From assembly GCF_006345805.1 (NCBI RefSeq), contig NC_042999.1, positions 119,412,001 to 119,476,000 of the forward strand: DNA of 64,000 bases. Direction: 5' to 3'. Position 1 is the stretch's first letter, and each line of letters begins with the position of its first letter. Origin of the DNA: Octopus sinensis. Its lineage: Eukaryota. The notes below the pieces were generated by a model, which did not search any database, had not been told where the DNA came from, and saw nothing but the letters and a program-made list of their open reading frames with translations. Positions 52,316-64,000 of this stretch are shown here, one piece after another. The translations under genes and the position numbers were made by a program.

Positions 52316-52913
52316 GAAAAAAGGAAATCCGTTGGAAAAACAAAAACAGAACAGAGGCGGAGCAAAAACAAATCGAACTATGCTCCTAAGAGCCCATGGC
52401 GAAACTGTTTATCAGTGTATGTTGAGAACCGGTGGCTGAAGAATTCAACGGGTCAGGCATCGGTCAATCATGTGGGTGAGGGTGTATAGATGTTCTTTGT
52501 GACCGAGAATAAAGTTCTGACTATTTAAGGAATATTGGATGTTTTATAAGGGGCGAGAAAAAATCTACTTAGAGACGTGTGTGTGTGTATACTGTTCTAT
52601 ATATGTGTGTGTTGGCGTAGGGGTAGAAAACATTTTTTGTGTACGTGTGTGCGTTTGATCGTTCGGCTGTCAGTGGCTACTGCCGTGATAACCGTTGGGT
52701 GGCAGAAAGAAAAGAAATATATATATATTATGTTTTATGTGTGTGTGTGTTCATCTAAGCCTGCCTTGTCAAGGAAACCCCCCGCTGTGAAAAAACCAAG
52801 CCCCGTTTGTCTTACAGGAGTAATTCCCCTTGCAGTGGTTAATCGTAGATATCTTAAAGGCTATTTCAGAATTTGTTACCAAGGGCTATGGGTGCCGGTA
52901 TTATTTATAAACG

Positions 52914-53229
52914 CTATTTGAAAGCCAGATAAGTGTAACGCCGCCAATGGGGGCATCGAAAAGCCGACTGTAAGAGCCCGTTTACCATCCGGCCTCTGGC
53001 AAACAAAATATGGAAGAGTTCGGAGACACAAAGGTTGCACTGTCTTCTGCCCCTATCAAATGGGAGGGCCACCGACAAAATTGACCATTCCAGCCTATAG
53101 CTTAAGTTCGTATCCTTCAGTCGCCATATTAGCTTACTGAGTCCCGTGGTCTGGCGCTTGTTCACGTCCCGAAAAGTTGCGTAATGGTTGGAGACACGCA
53201 AAGACAATCTTGAGGATGATGCCCCTACA
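52914..53229 (-). pseudogene. Inverted 5'-truncated copy of the GIY-YIG ORF (starts within the YIG motif at VG)
   Basis: Same peptide as 53288-53677 from VGASSSR onward, with R in place of W (ATFRDVNK). Confidence 0.85.
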
Positions 53230-53287
53230 ACACCCCTATTTATAACTATACCCCTAGTGGGTACTCCCTGGCTGGAGCTGAGATTAT

Positions 53288-53677
53288 GTGTCACTGTACT
53301 GGCTCTCATATCACGCCGTCTACCAATGCAAGGTTTACACGGACTCAGATGTCTTCACTTATGTAGGGGCATCATCCTCAAGATTGTCTTTGCGTGTCTC
53401 CAACCATTACGCAACTTTTTGGGACGTGAACAAGCGCCAGACCACGGGACTCAGTAAGCTAATATGGCGACTGAAGGATACGAACTTAAGCTATAGGCTG
53501 GAATGGTCAATTTTGTCAGTGGCCCTCCCATTTGATAGGGGCAGAAGACAGTGCAACCTTTGTGTCTCCGAACTCTTCCATATTTTGTTTGCCAGAGGCC
53601 GGATGGTAAACGGGCTCTTACAGTCGGCTTTTCGATGCCCCCATTGGCGGCGTTACACTTATCTGGCTTTCAAATAG
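53288..53677 (+). CDS. Penelope-type GIY-YIG endonuclease domain (5'-truncated; no RT upstream)
   Basis: AVYQCKV...FTYVGASS.RLSLRVSNHYATF...TGLSKLIWRLKD.N..Y.LEWSIL..A.PF......CNLC.SE..HIL.....MVN.......CPH: VYQ/YVG motifs, conserved R, E and N, and CNLC/CxH Cys-His. The GTG start is probably not a real initiator. Confidence 0.85.
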   Translation: MSLYWLSYHAVYQCKVYTDSDVFTYVGASSSRLSLRVSNHYATFWDVNKRQTTGLSKLIWRLKDTNLSYRLEWSILSVALPFDRGRRQCNLCVSELFHILFARGRMVNGLLQSAFRCPHWRRYTYLAFK

Positions 53678-54272
53678 CGTTTATAAATAATACCGGCACC
53701 CATAGCCCTTGGTAACAAATTCTGAAATAGCCTATAAGATATCTACGATTAACCACTGCAAGGGGAATTACTCCTGTAAGACAAACGGGGCTTGGTTTTT
53801 TCACAGCGGGGGGTTTCCTTGACAAGGCAGGCTTAGATGAACACACACACACATAAAACATAATATATATATTTCTTTTCTTTCTGCCACCCAACGGTTA
53901 TCACGGCAGTAGCCACTGACAGCCGAACGATCAAACGCACACACGTACACAAAAATGTTTTCTACCCCTACGCCAACACACACATATATAGAACAGTATA
54001 CACACACACACGTCTCTAAGTAGATTTTTTCTCGCCCCTTATAAAACATCCAATATTCCTTAAATAGTCAGAACTTTATTCTCGGTCACAAAGAACATCT
54101 ATACACCCTCACCCACATGATTGACCGATGCCTGACCCGTTGAATTCTTCAGCCACCGGTTCTCAACATACACTGATAAACAGTTTCGCCATGGGCTCTT
54201 AGGAGCATAGTTCGATTTGTTTTTGCTCCGCCTCTGTTCTGTTTTTGTTTTTCCAACGGATTTCCTTTTTTC

Positions 54273-54352
54273 TTCCTGAAGAGAAAGACACAATATGGTC
54301 CCATTATTCAATCGGATTTTGGTAATTTGTGCCTTTCGAAACACGTGTAGAA
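54273..54352 (+). ncRNA. Type I hammerhead ribozyme motif
   Basis: ttc-CTGAAGA(54276-82)-gaaag...ctttc-GAAAC(54338-42)-acgt-GTA(54347-49)-gaa, with G-C closing stem II and a palindromic loop III. Confidence 0.85.
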
Positions 54353-54563
54353 TGAAATAAAACGATTTCTGTTCAATCTGCGTTCAGCTCCATTTCTTTA
54401 ATTCACCAATAATGTTTTAATTTCAATTATCCGCACCAACGCACGGTTGCAACGCCAGATGGTTGTACCTCCAACCGTGCTGTTTACTGCTGTGATTTTT
54501 GCTACTAAGGTATCGGTTAAACTTTTGATTAATACTACAAGATTATTCATCTTTCTATTTCAC

Positions 54564-54619
<56 letters not shown>

Positions 54620-54622
<3 letters not shown>

Positions 54623-56336
54623 CAAAATAGATGAACATCAATGGAATTTGTATCCTTGTGGTACCAGTGCCAGTGGCACACAAGAATCCATCCGAACGTG
54701 GCCGTAGTCAGTACCGCTTGTGGTACCAGTGCCGGTGGCACACAAGAATCCATCCGAACGTGGCCGTAGTCAGTACCGCTTGTGGTACCAGTGCCGGTGG
54801 CACACAAGAATCCATCCGAACGTGGCCGTAGTCAGTACCGCATCACTGGCCATCCGGTCGTGGCCGTTCGCCAGCCTCATCTAGCACCTGTGTCGGTGGC
54901 ACATAAAAACACCATCCGAAGACCCGGCAAGACTAGTCAGGCCATAACCCATGGCCCCTACCTGGGACGTAGTCAGTCCACCTGTGCATACCTTCCTTCT
55001 TGTGACACTTGTGAAGACCTGTTGAGGCAAGTGAAAATCAAATCAAATCAAAACAAATCAAAATAGATGAACATCAATGGAATCTGTATCTTTGTGGTAC
55101 CAGTGCCGGTGGCACACATGAGAACCATCCGAACGTGGCCGTAGCCAGTTCCGCATCGACCGGCCTCCGTGCTGTGGGCACGTAACAAACACCATCCGAT
55201 CATGGCCGTTCGCCAGCCTCATCTGGCACCTGTGTCGGTGGCACATAAAAACACCTTCCGAAGACCCGGCAAGACTAGTCAGTCCACCTGTGCATACCTT
55301 CCTTCCTTCTTGTGACACTTGTGAAGACCGGTTGAGGCAAGTGAAAATCAAATCAAATCAAATCAAAATAGACAAAATAGATGAACATCAATGGAATTTG
55401 TATCTTGTGGTACCAGTGCCTGTGGCACACAAGAAATCCATCAGTGCCGTAGTCAGTGCGGTGGGCACATGACAAACACCATCCGATCGTGGCCGTTCGC
55501 CAGCCTCATCTAGCACCTGTGTCGGTGGCACATAAAACACCATCCGAAGACCCGGCAAGACTAGTCAGGCCATAACCCTTGGCCCCTACCTGGGACGTAG
55601 TCAGTCCACCTGTGCATACCTTCCTTCTTGTGACACTTGTGAAGACCTGTTGAGGCAAGTGAAAATCAAAATAAAATCAAATCAAAATCAAATCAAATCA
55701 AATCAAAACAAATCAAATAGATGAACATCAATGGAATTTGTATCTTTGTGGTACCAGTGCCGGTGGCACGTGGCACATAAGAAAACCATCCGAACGTGGC
55801 CGTAGCCAGTACCGCATCGACTGGCCTCCGTGCTGTGGGCACGTAACAAGCACCATCCGATCGTGGCCGTTTGCCAGCCTCATCTGGCACCTGTGTCGGT
55901 GGCACATAAAAACACCATCCGAGCGTGGCCGTCTGCCAGCCTCGTCTGGCACCTGTGTCGGTGGCACATAAAAACACCATCCGAGCGTGGCCGTCTGCCA
56001 GCTTCGTCTGGCACCTGTGTCGGTGGCACATAAAAACACCATCCGAGCGTGGCCGTCTGCCAGCCTCGTCTGGCACCTGTGTCGGTGGCACATAAAAACA
56101 CCATCCGAGCGTGGCCGTTTGTCAGCCTCGTCTGGCACCTGTGTCGGTGGCACATAAAATCACCCACTACACTCTCGGAGTGGTTGGCGTTAGGAAGGGC
56201 ATCCAGCTGTAGAAACACTGCCAGATCTGACTGGACTGGTGCAGCTTTCGGGCTCCCCAGACCCCAGTTGAACCGTCCAACCCATGCTAGCATGGAAAGC
56301 GGACGTTAAATGATGATGATGATGATGATGATGATG

Positions 56337-56340
<4 letters not shown>
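54620..56340 (+). repeat. Higher-order tandem array of the RTE 3'-tail (4 restarts) with nested ~60-bp subrepeats
   Basis: The unit start aaatagatgaacatcaatggaat occurs at ~54625, 55061, 55375 and 55715; there is a single family terminus at ~56160-56310. Confidence 0.9.
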
Positions 56341-56384
<44 letters not shown>

Positions 56385-56386
<2 letters not shown>

Positions 56387-56548
56387 GACAGGCTTCTTTC
56401 AGTTTCCATCTACCAAATCCACTCACAAGGCATTGGTCGGCCCGGGGTTAAAGCAGAAGACACTTGCCCAAGATGCCACGCAGTGGGACTGAACCCGGAA
56501 CCATGTGGTTGGTTAGCAAGCTACTTACCACACAGCCACTCCTGCGCC
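56385..56548 (-). mobile_element. tRNA-derived SINE (complete short form)
   Basis: Minus strand: aggcgcaggagtggctgtgtggtaagtagc...gggttcagtcccactgcgtggc...gaaactgaaagaagcctgtcg. Confidence 0.85.
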
Positions 56549-58628
56549 TTTTTGTTATATATATATATTATATATATTATATATATATAATATGGTATAA
56601 ATATATATGGGCAACAGACACGAACACACATACACACACGTACGTACACCTATTGCATGTTTTGTACACACATACATGTTCATAAACAGAAATGAATGTA
56701 AAAACTGTTGTTAAATTTGTAGATTAACACTCGCACGATTTTCATTAAAGTATATTATACTATGATTATAAAATATAGTGTCTTTCAAAAACAAAAAACA
56801 AAGCATTTTACATTCTATTTTTTATGAACGTCATAACTTACTCTCTCTGTCTCTCTCCCTCTCTCACTTTGTCTTTCCTGTGAAACTCTCTGCCTCCTTC
56901 TTCCACTTTTCTTCATCTTATTTTTTGTTTGTTAGACACCATCAAAAAAGCCAAGGCTGATATTTTTTATGGCTAAAAGCTATGTCTGAAAATACATACT
57001 TACACTACCCACGGGTGCATGGGGGGAAAAAATAAGTTGACAAAACCCAGATAGGGTGTTGACAAATGTCCTCCGAAAATTGGAGTGACATGCGTGCTAA
57101 TTTGTGGACATGCATAAATTACAATCACCTACACACACATACACACACACATGCACACACATCCTCCCTTTTATAGATATGATTAAACATAGATTATCAG
57201 GGAGAAGAAACAACAGTCAACACCTAAAATTGCTCTCAGTTTTGCAGTATGGGAGATAACTCTTTACATGTTTTGGTCTAATTCTTATCTCATCAATAAA
57301 GCATTAACTTTGCTGTATTACCAATGATGAATGAATCACTATGTAAATGTACAAAAACGCTCACTGGTTGATGTAATAAAACAGAATTGTTTAAAGAATT
57401 TATAATTCAGAGATGCTAACCATGTACAAAATAATAGTGAGGTTTGTTTTAAGGAATGGGCATTAAATAACACAAAATAATTATTTGATCAACAACTTGT
57501 ATTGTTTATATTATTTCAGCAAATTTGGAAGACAACACCTGATATATTTCAGGCTAATTATCACCTCATCAGCAAAGCATAGTCATTATTTTCATCATCC
57601 CAGTTGTAAGGTATATATTTAAGACTTCTCATCTCAGATCTTTGTCATTTCACCTGTGAAGTTAAAACTCCTAATATCTGACATCATTCTGTTCAAATGA
57701 TCCTGAGTTTCTATCTACTAAATATCTTTCCATGAACAGTATATTGCACTTTTTCAACAACACCAAATGATCCACCTACATTGCAGTTCCATACCAAAGC
57801 AGTTAACTACCCAGTGTATAAAGGCTAATTTATTTCATGTTTAGTTACTCTCATAAGTTATAGGTGATGTGATTTTTATCCAGTACATCATCTCATACTC
57901 ATTGTCTATTTGCTTCTCATGTCTATACTGGTACAGTCAATTACTTTGCACACTTCAGCTAATCAGAATCTTTACATGAGCTACCAGAAATAACAGCCAA
58001 ATCTTTCCCAGATCACACCTTACTACTTTAAATAAATAAATAACACATTTGGTAATGAAGTCCCTGATATACAAGATGGAGTGGTCATGGCTTCAATATC
58101 CTTTGATCATAGATCTACTTTATGAGGGTTTATTTAAGCTAAACAACTTTAGTTGTTGACTTTAATGTCCTTTCTCAGCTCCCTTGTACTGAACTTCTCA
58201 TGCAAGCTAAGTACACATTCACCACATCAGATACATTTCATTCCTCTCTTCATACAATACCCCATCTTCTTATAACCATGCAGCTTCATGCATTTCAAGC
58301 ATGTTTCATATAATTAAATTATGATATAAAACGAAAAAGCCTTTCCTATTTTCTAACCCCATATCAGCCCTGGGATGAGGTGACCTGTGATCAAATTTGT
58401 TTCAGTATTTTTTTCTCAGACGTTTTGTATTTCATTCCATGTTATACAAGATTTCTTTTCCATTTTTAAAGGGTAGGTTGTAATATGAAGGAAAACTGAC
58501 AACCTTTTTTAACAGGAAATGCAGCTGCTTTTTCTTAATGATCAAATGACCATGATGGAATTTTCTTTGTTGGCACATTTCTGAATATATTATTTTTCAC
58601 ATTATTTTAATATTTATATCTATATCAA

Positions 58629-58858
58629 GGCAGGAAACTGGCAGAATCGTTATTACACCAGTCAAAATGCTTAGCAGTATTTCAGCCATCTTTACATTCT
58701 GAGTTCAAATTCTGCCACAGTTCACTTTGCTTTTCACCCTTTTGTGCTTGATAAAGTAAAGTGCCAGTTGAACATTGGGGACGATGTAATCAATACATCC
58801 CTACCCTTGCAAAAGGAAAAAAACTTGCTGGACTTATGCCAAACTTTAAAACCAATAT
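58629..58858 (+). mobile_element. tRNA-derived SINE (family B), diverged
   Basis: Homologous to 48349-48514 and 25700-25880. Confidence 0.75.
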
Positions 58859-58890
58859 ATATTACTGATATACTGATTAATGAACTGAAC

Positions 58891-58934
<44 letters not shown>

Positions 58935-60741
58935 GTTGCTGCTGCTGCTGTTGTTGTCGTTGTTGTTAAGCAACAAGACGGGTAAGGGTGATTAGATGAT
59001 GGTCTAGGGCTTAGGGGTGGGAGACCCCAAACCTTAAAAAAAAAAAACTTTGGTTGTCTTGTTATAGTCGAAGGGCTCTTTGTTGACGTCCGACACCACT
59101 GGGAGGTGGCCCTCGAAGTCGCTGGAAATGGAGATCTCCAGGTCCAAAATCTTGAACGGCTGCTGCTGCTGCTTAAAGTAGTAGAGTGCTACAAATGTAG
59201 TCAAAATCTGTATCAATGAATTAAATAGATAATAGTATTTCGTTGCATCAGTTTACCTTCAGCATTTCATATGGAGATCTATGAAATAATCACTTTATGT
59301 ACAATGATCAAGCTATTTTATTGTGCACCTTGCTTGTAGATTATTACCAATTGGCCTTGTGTAATGGGCGAAAAAAAAAATAGTTAATTTGTTTCAAAAG
59401 AGAGTTAAATTATAGCATGATTTATTTTAATGAAACAAGAGAAATAATTATTTATTTATTACAAAACAGAACGTAAACGTATAGAAGCTATTTATTTTAA
59501 TGAAAATGTGACACTTTTAAAATTTTAATCAGATCTTTATAAAGAGGATCATAGCCACTAAGCATTCGATGGCAATTTTAACAAAACGTTAACTGCAAAA
59601 GACACAATTTTTTTTTTCTTTTTTCTGCAAAAGAAGGATACTGTTAAATTATGTCTTTCTTTCCAAAAATATCATCGTCGGTATCATTATCATTATTGAG
59701 AAGGTGAGGGTAGAGCAGGATTTTGTAGAGGGATCTACATAGCTAGTCACATCTGATAGGGGAAAGCAGAGGAGAGGGAGAGAGAAAATGATGAGCAAAA
59801 GCTGCAAGAGATGGGTAATGGTGATTAAGTGCCCAAGTGGCTGCCCAAAGCACAAGCTAAGTAAAACTGGGTGGGCAGGTGGGTTGTCTACAAGATTGAA
59901 TAAGAAGGTGAATGATGGGGTAAGGGATAGACTGCCAAAATGATTAAGGCTGGAGGATGGATGAACAAAAAGCTATAAACTGGAGAAAATAGAAGGATGA
60001 AGAGATGAAGAGGTTCACAAGTGACAGGAATAGTCAAATGCTTGGAGGAGGACGAGAGAGAGAGAGAGAGTTGACATGGTTAGGTAGTCAGTGGAAACTG
60101 GTGGCAGGAGAAGAGGCAGGCATATTGCATGAGAGGGTGCAACAGAGGTGGAGAGCATTGTAACAGAAGTGGAGAGCATTAAATTTGGCACTTTCAGAAC
60201 TTAGTTATGCTGAGGAGGGTAAGTCTTTTCAAGAACCTCATGTTGCCAAAGATTTTGGCCCTTTATCGTTTCTTTCATCAGGCTCAGGGTTCTGAGGTCA
60301 GCCTTCATCACTTCATCCCCTGTATTCCTTGGTTTCCCTCTTCCATAAATTCCAGTGATCAGCACTACTTTATACAGCTGTCCTCATCCATATACATCCC
60401 ATGTCCACACCAGTGCTGTCTTCTTTCTTGAACACAACATCCAATTCTTCTGATGTCCAGTTTTTCACTCAACATTTTTATATTAATCATTTAATGCACA
60501 TTTACATTGCACCCTACAAAGCTTGCTTGTTTCAACAAATGATGTTCAAATATTTTTCAGTTGGTTTGTGGTAGCGTGTGAGTGAATAAAGATAGCCATT
60601 ATTGATGATGTAAATTGAATAACAGATTTGATGCTTTAATGTAACTACTGTTGCTCTGAAATCTATTGGTGTTACTGTAGGGTAGTAGAGTTTTATTAGC
60701 ACTTTTAAGTTGAAATACTATAAAAGCAGCAAAAAGCAAAG

Positions 60742-61018
60742 AGGCCTGACATTGCTATGAAGGTTAAATGCATGCTTATCAACATAACAATACCATCTAA
60801 AAGAAACATTTCAGTGAAAGACTCAGAGAAGCTGACTAAGTACAAAGACATTCTGATTGACATCAGCTGTATGTGGAGTATGAAGACTGAAATGATTCCA
60901 ATGATCATCTGAGATCTGACTTATGAAGAAAAGGGAAAAGCTCCTGGGCAACTTCAATATCTACATAGAGCACAAAACTGCCCATTGAGGACAGCCTACA
61001 TTCTGTGAAAGTGCTGTA
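60742..61018 (+). pseudogene. Restriction-like endonuclease C-terminus of an R4/Dong-type non-LTR retrotransposon
   Basis: RPDIAMKVKCMLINITIPSKRNISVKDSEKLTKYKDILIDISCMWSMKTEMIPMII*...TAYIL*K. This matches RPD..D..IP.D.N...KE.EK..KY.DL..E...MW. Confidence 0.75.
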
Positions 61019-61123
61019 AATTGAGTGGCACATTCTCTATAGAATTTCAGGTACCATAGACCAATAAGATACCTAAGATTGATAAGCAAAAAACATACTT
61101 TAGATCAACGATGTACCATAGAA

Positions 61124-61649
61124 CAGTGGTCTCCAATATTTTTATACCATGGACTGGCTTCATGACAGACAATCTTTCCACAGACCAACAGTAGCACATA
61201 TGTGTAATTTAACTGCATTTCAATAAAGAGAGCCATAATAAAAAAAGCAAAGGGAAGAAAACTTGTATAATCCTTTGACTCTCATCTACCAAAATTCTTT
61301 AAAATTTGAAAATTAGTTGGGATTAGAAAATTAGTTGAAAATTATTGCAAATGAATAAAAATATACATTGATTGTGAAATATACTTACAGTTATGATAGA
61401 TAGGAAAGGTAGACATAAAATACATATTAATTATAAAAATATGCATTAATTATAAAATGTACTTACAGTTATGATAGATAGTATTCAGTAGGTGAATATT
61501 GAATATTTAAACAAATCTTTTAAAACTAAGGTACAATATTCAATTTAACTATTATATAATTTTAAACAAGTTAATTATTTCTTTGCAGCCCAGTAGCAAA
61601 TGATCCATGGACCAGTACCAGTCCATGGCCTGATGGTTGGGGACCTCTG
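61124..61649. mobile_element. Non-autonomous hAT (Charlie/MER1-like) element, 526 bp
   Basis: TIRs cagtggtctccaa / ttggggacctctg; 8-bp TSD ccatagaa (61116-23) / ccatagag (61650-57); MER1-like subterminal ggaccagtaccagtccatggcc. Confidence 0.85.
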
Positions 61650-62105
61650 CCATAGAGCATTACAGTACAATTCAATAGCAAGATATTACACATCAGTAGG
61701 TACCATAGAGCAACCAAGATATGAATGAATATTTGTCTGTCTTGCTTCTTAACCTTTTAAATTTTTAAATGTTGATATTGTTGCAGTTATTTCTGCCACT
61801 ATATTTGCCTCAGGTCAACCCTGATAGTGCAAAACTATTATTGAAAGTGTTCTGTGTTTTTGTGTATCAGGTACTATACTATCCAGTGTAAATTTCTTTA
61901 AGATGGGAAGGTGTAATCCGAGGGAGACTTTGCAGTTATTTCTGGTGTAAAGTGGTATGTTGCCACTGTTGTATCTGTCTTATGACAATGGTTGTCACTC
62001 CAACAGATATTGTTATATTCTGACATCGTCGATAGAATGGTTCTATCTGGCACTGTATGACCGCCAGTCATACAGTCTTATTATCCTCAAGAGGTTGAAT
62101 TGATA

Positions 62106-63374
62106 CGAGGGACGTTCAATAAGTAATTCCTCTGACCCACTTGCAGTTGTTTGATCTAGCTGAAATTTTGCATGTGCAATTATTTATATCTCTATAGATT
62201 AAGTGGCAAATTACAGCTCTGAGCTAATTGTGGTTTCTGATTTACAGGTGTTTGAACTGAGTCAAGTGCGAAATGGAGCCTGTTGAGTGTCGAGCAGTGA
62301 TCCGGTTTTTGTATTTGAAAGGACGCACACCACAGGAGACTTTTGATGAAATGAAAGTAACTTATGGTGATGATGCCCCATCATATGACCTTGTAAAACG
62401 CTGGCATCGTGAATTCAAACATGGTCGGAACTCTGTGGAAACAGCTCCCAGATCTGGTCACCCCCTTCTGCTATTGATGAGGCATCTGTCCGTCAAGTTG
62501 AGGGTGCCATTTTGGAAGATCGATGCATAACTATTCGCCAAATAGCCCATGAGGTCAAGATTAGTACCGGGTCTGTGGAAACTATCATTCATGACCATTT
62601 GCATATGCAAAAGGTGTCTGCCAGATGGATTCCCAGGTTGCTCACACCTTTCCAGAAGCAAGAACGCGTCGAGTGCTCGAGGATGAATTTGGAGATGTGC
62701 CAAGAAGATGAGTCAAAAGTTTTCAAAAGACTGATTACACTGGATGAAACCTGGGTCCATCACTATGATTCAGAGACCAAAGCCCAGTCAATGCAGTGGA
62801 AGCACCGTGACTCACCTCCTCCAAAGAAGGCAAGGGTGCAGCCCTCCACTGGCGAGGTCATGCTCACAGTCTTCTGGGACCAGGATGGAGTAGTGATGAC
62901 AGATTTCCTGGCAAAGGGTACCACAATTACAGGAGCCTATTATGCTTCACTTTTGAGGAAATTATGAGAAGCTATCAAAGTCAAGAGGTGGGGCAAGATC
63001 AGCAAAGGCATCCTCCTCCTGCAGGACAACGCTCCGGTTCACAACTCGCGTGTCGCCAGATCAGAAGCACAGGCGTGCTGCTATGAACTCCTCCCCCATC
63101 CCCCTACGCTCCTGACCTTGCACCCTCTGATTTTCACCTCTTCCCAGCCATGAAGTTTTTTTTGAAAGGAAAGCATTTTACAGATGATGCAGCCTTGATT
63201 TCTAAAGTCACGTCGTGGTTGGAGGACCAAGCTGGGGTCTTCTACAAAAACGATGGCAGAAAGGCGTAACTCTGGGTGGTTCCTATGTAGAAAAAGACTA
63301 ATAACTGTGCCAAGTTTCGTTGCTCTACTGCTATGGGAAGTGGGTCAGGGGCATTACTTATTGAACGCCCCTCG
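62106..63374 (+). mobile_element. Full-length mariner (D,D34D-type) transposon, 1269 bp
   Basis: 37-bp TIRs (34/37 identical); TA duplications at 62104-05 and 63375-76. Confidence 0.95.
62273..63301 (+). pseudogene. Mariner transposase pseudogene
   Basis: WIPRLL, LITLDETWVHHYD, LLQDNAPVH, YAPDLAPSDFHLF, RWQK..TLGGSYVEKD*. Lesions: frameshift ~62461, TGA at 62965-67, frameshift ~63104 and a deletion ~63250. Confidence 0.95.
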
Positions 63375-64000
63375 TATAACATCCACTTAGTATCGCAGTA
63401 TAATTACTATATTAGCACAGGCAAGACTACATGTAGTCTCGACCTTCTGTTCTTCTGTCGACCAGCAACTGGTCTATTTTTGACTGGCTTCTATCACTTT
63501 TCACCAGGTGGAGTGTACAGTTTCACTATACAACAATTTCTAGAAACACAAGTGACTGCATAGACAACCCTTTATTAACTCAATTGAGTGTCTAGAGACT
63601 TGCCTATGAGTGACCACATAAAGCTTCTTTGTTTTTGTTGATGGTGTTGTTCTTTTTTATACTTAAAGCACAACACAGTATTCATTACATACATTATTTG
63701 AATGTAAAGTAACTTCACATTAATTCCACAATCCTATATTCAATACTTTATTGCATGTATTTTTTTCTCCTCTATACTGAGTTCAAATCCTTGAGCAATC
63801 AATTTCGGCATTCAGTCTTTTAAGGCTGATAAAATAAAATACTGGTCCATAATGACAGGCAAAATTATTAAAGAGTTTAATGAGATATTTGTAACAGCAT
63901 TTTGGTTTCTTAGTTCTTGTGTGGCACGTAATCCATTGGCCCTCCAGCTCTTGAGTGATTTTTGCAGAGTTCATGCTGATGCAAGCATCTGTGCTACATT

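Larger units (their letters stand above)
52172..54416. mobile_element. Penelope-like element 3' part as a head-to-head palindrome (arms 52172-53229 and 53362-54416; 132-bp spacer)
   Basis: Manual alignment shows 4 substitutions and 2 microsatellite indels over ~1055 bp. Each arm has a GIY-YIG C-terminal ORF, ~600 bp of UTR and an HHR. Confidence 0.93.

Noticed and set aside
55690-56160. Regular ~60-bp repeats resembling a CRISPR array, and the ORFs over them
   Set aside because: The units are contiguous tandem copies with no unique spacers, no cas genes are present, and they are part of a retroposon tail.
56700-57185. Possible non-autonomous Helitron-like element ending in ttttatagatatgat
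   Set aside because: Only a vague resemblance; no defined termini or hairpin could be verified.

Overview
This is a 64-kb AT-rich, microsatellite-dense metazoan window made almost entirely of repeats. The SINE/LINE families look like octopod cephalopod ones (my recognition, not database-checked). I cannot support any host protein-coding gene, rRNA, tRNA gene or CRISPR array, and most listed ORFs are translations of (TA)n/(CA)n/(CATA)n tracts. Supported elements are a decayed Helentron-type Rep fragment, two full-length decayed Tc1/mariner transposons, a Tc1/mariner MITE, a MER1-like hAT element, and an L1/Tx1 LINE fragment. There are also several RTE LINE relics, an R4/Dong-type REL fragment, many tRNA-derived SINEs and two apparently exact tandem duplications (1084 bp and 307 bp). 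The most striking signal is a set of head-to-head inverted duplications beside simple repeats that carry type I hammerhead ribozyme (HHR) motifs: nine motifs (seven with intact cores, two decayed) of about six sequence types. The largest is a 2.25-kb palindrome with ~1.06-kb arms (~99.4% identical) encoding a Penelope-type GIY-YIG endonuclease, with one HHR per arm. These read as 5'-truncated Penelope-like elements (PLEs). HHRs in PLEs are established; the local density, the diversity and the consistent foldback geometry are what deserve follow-up.
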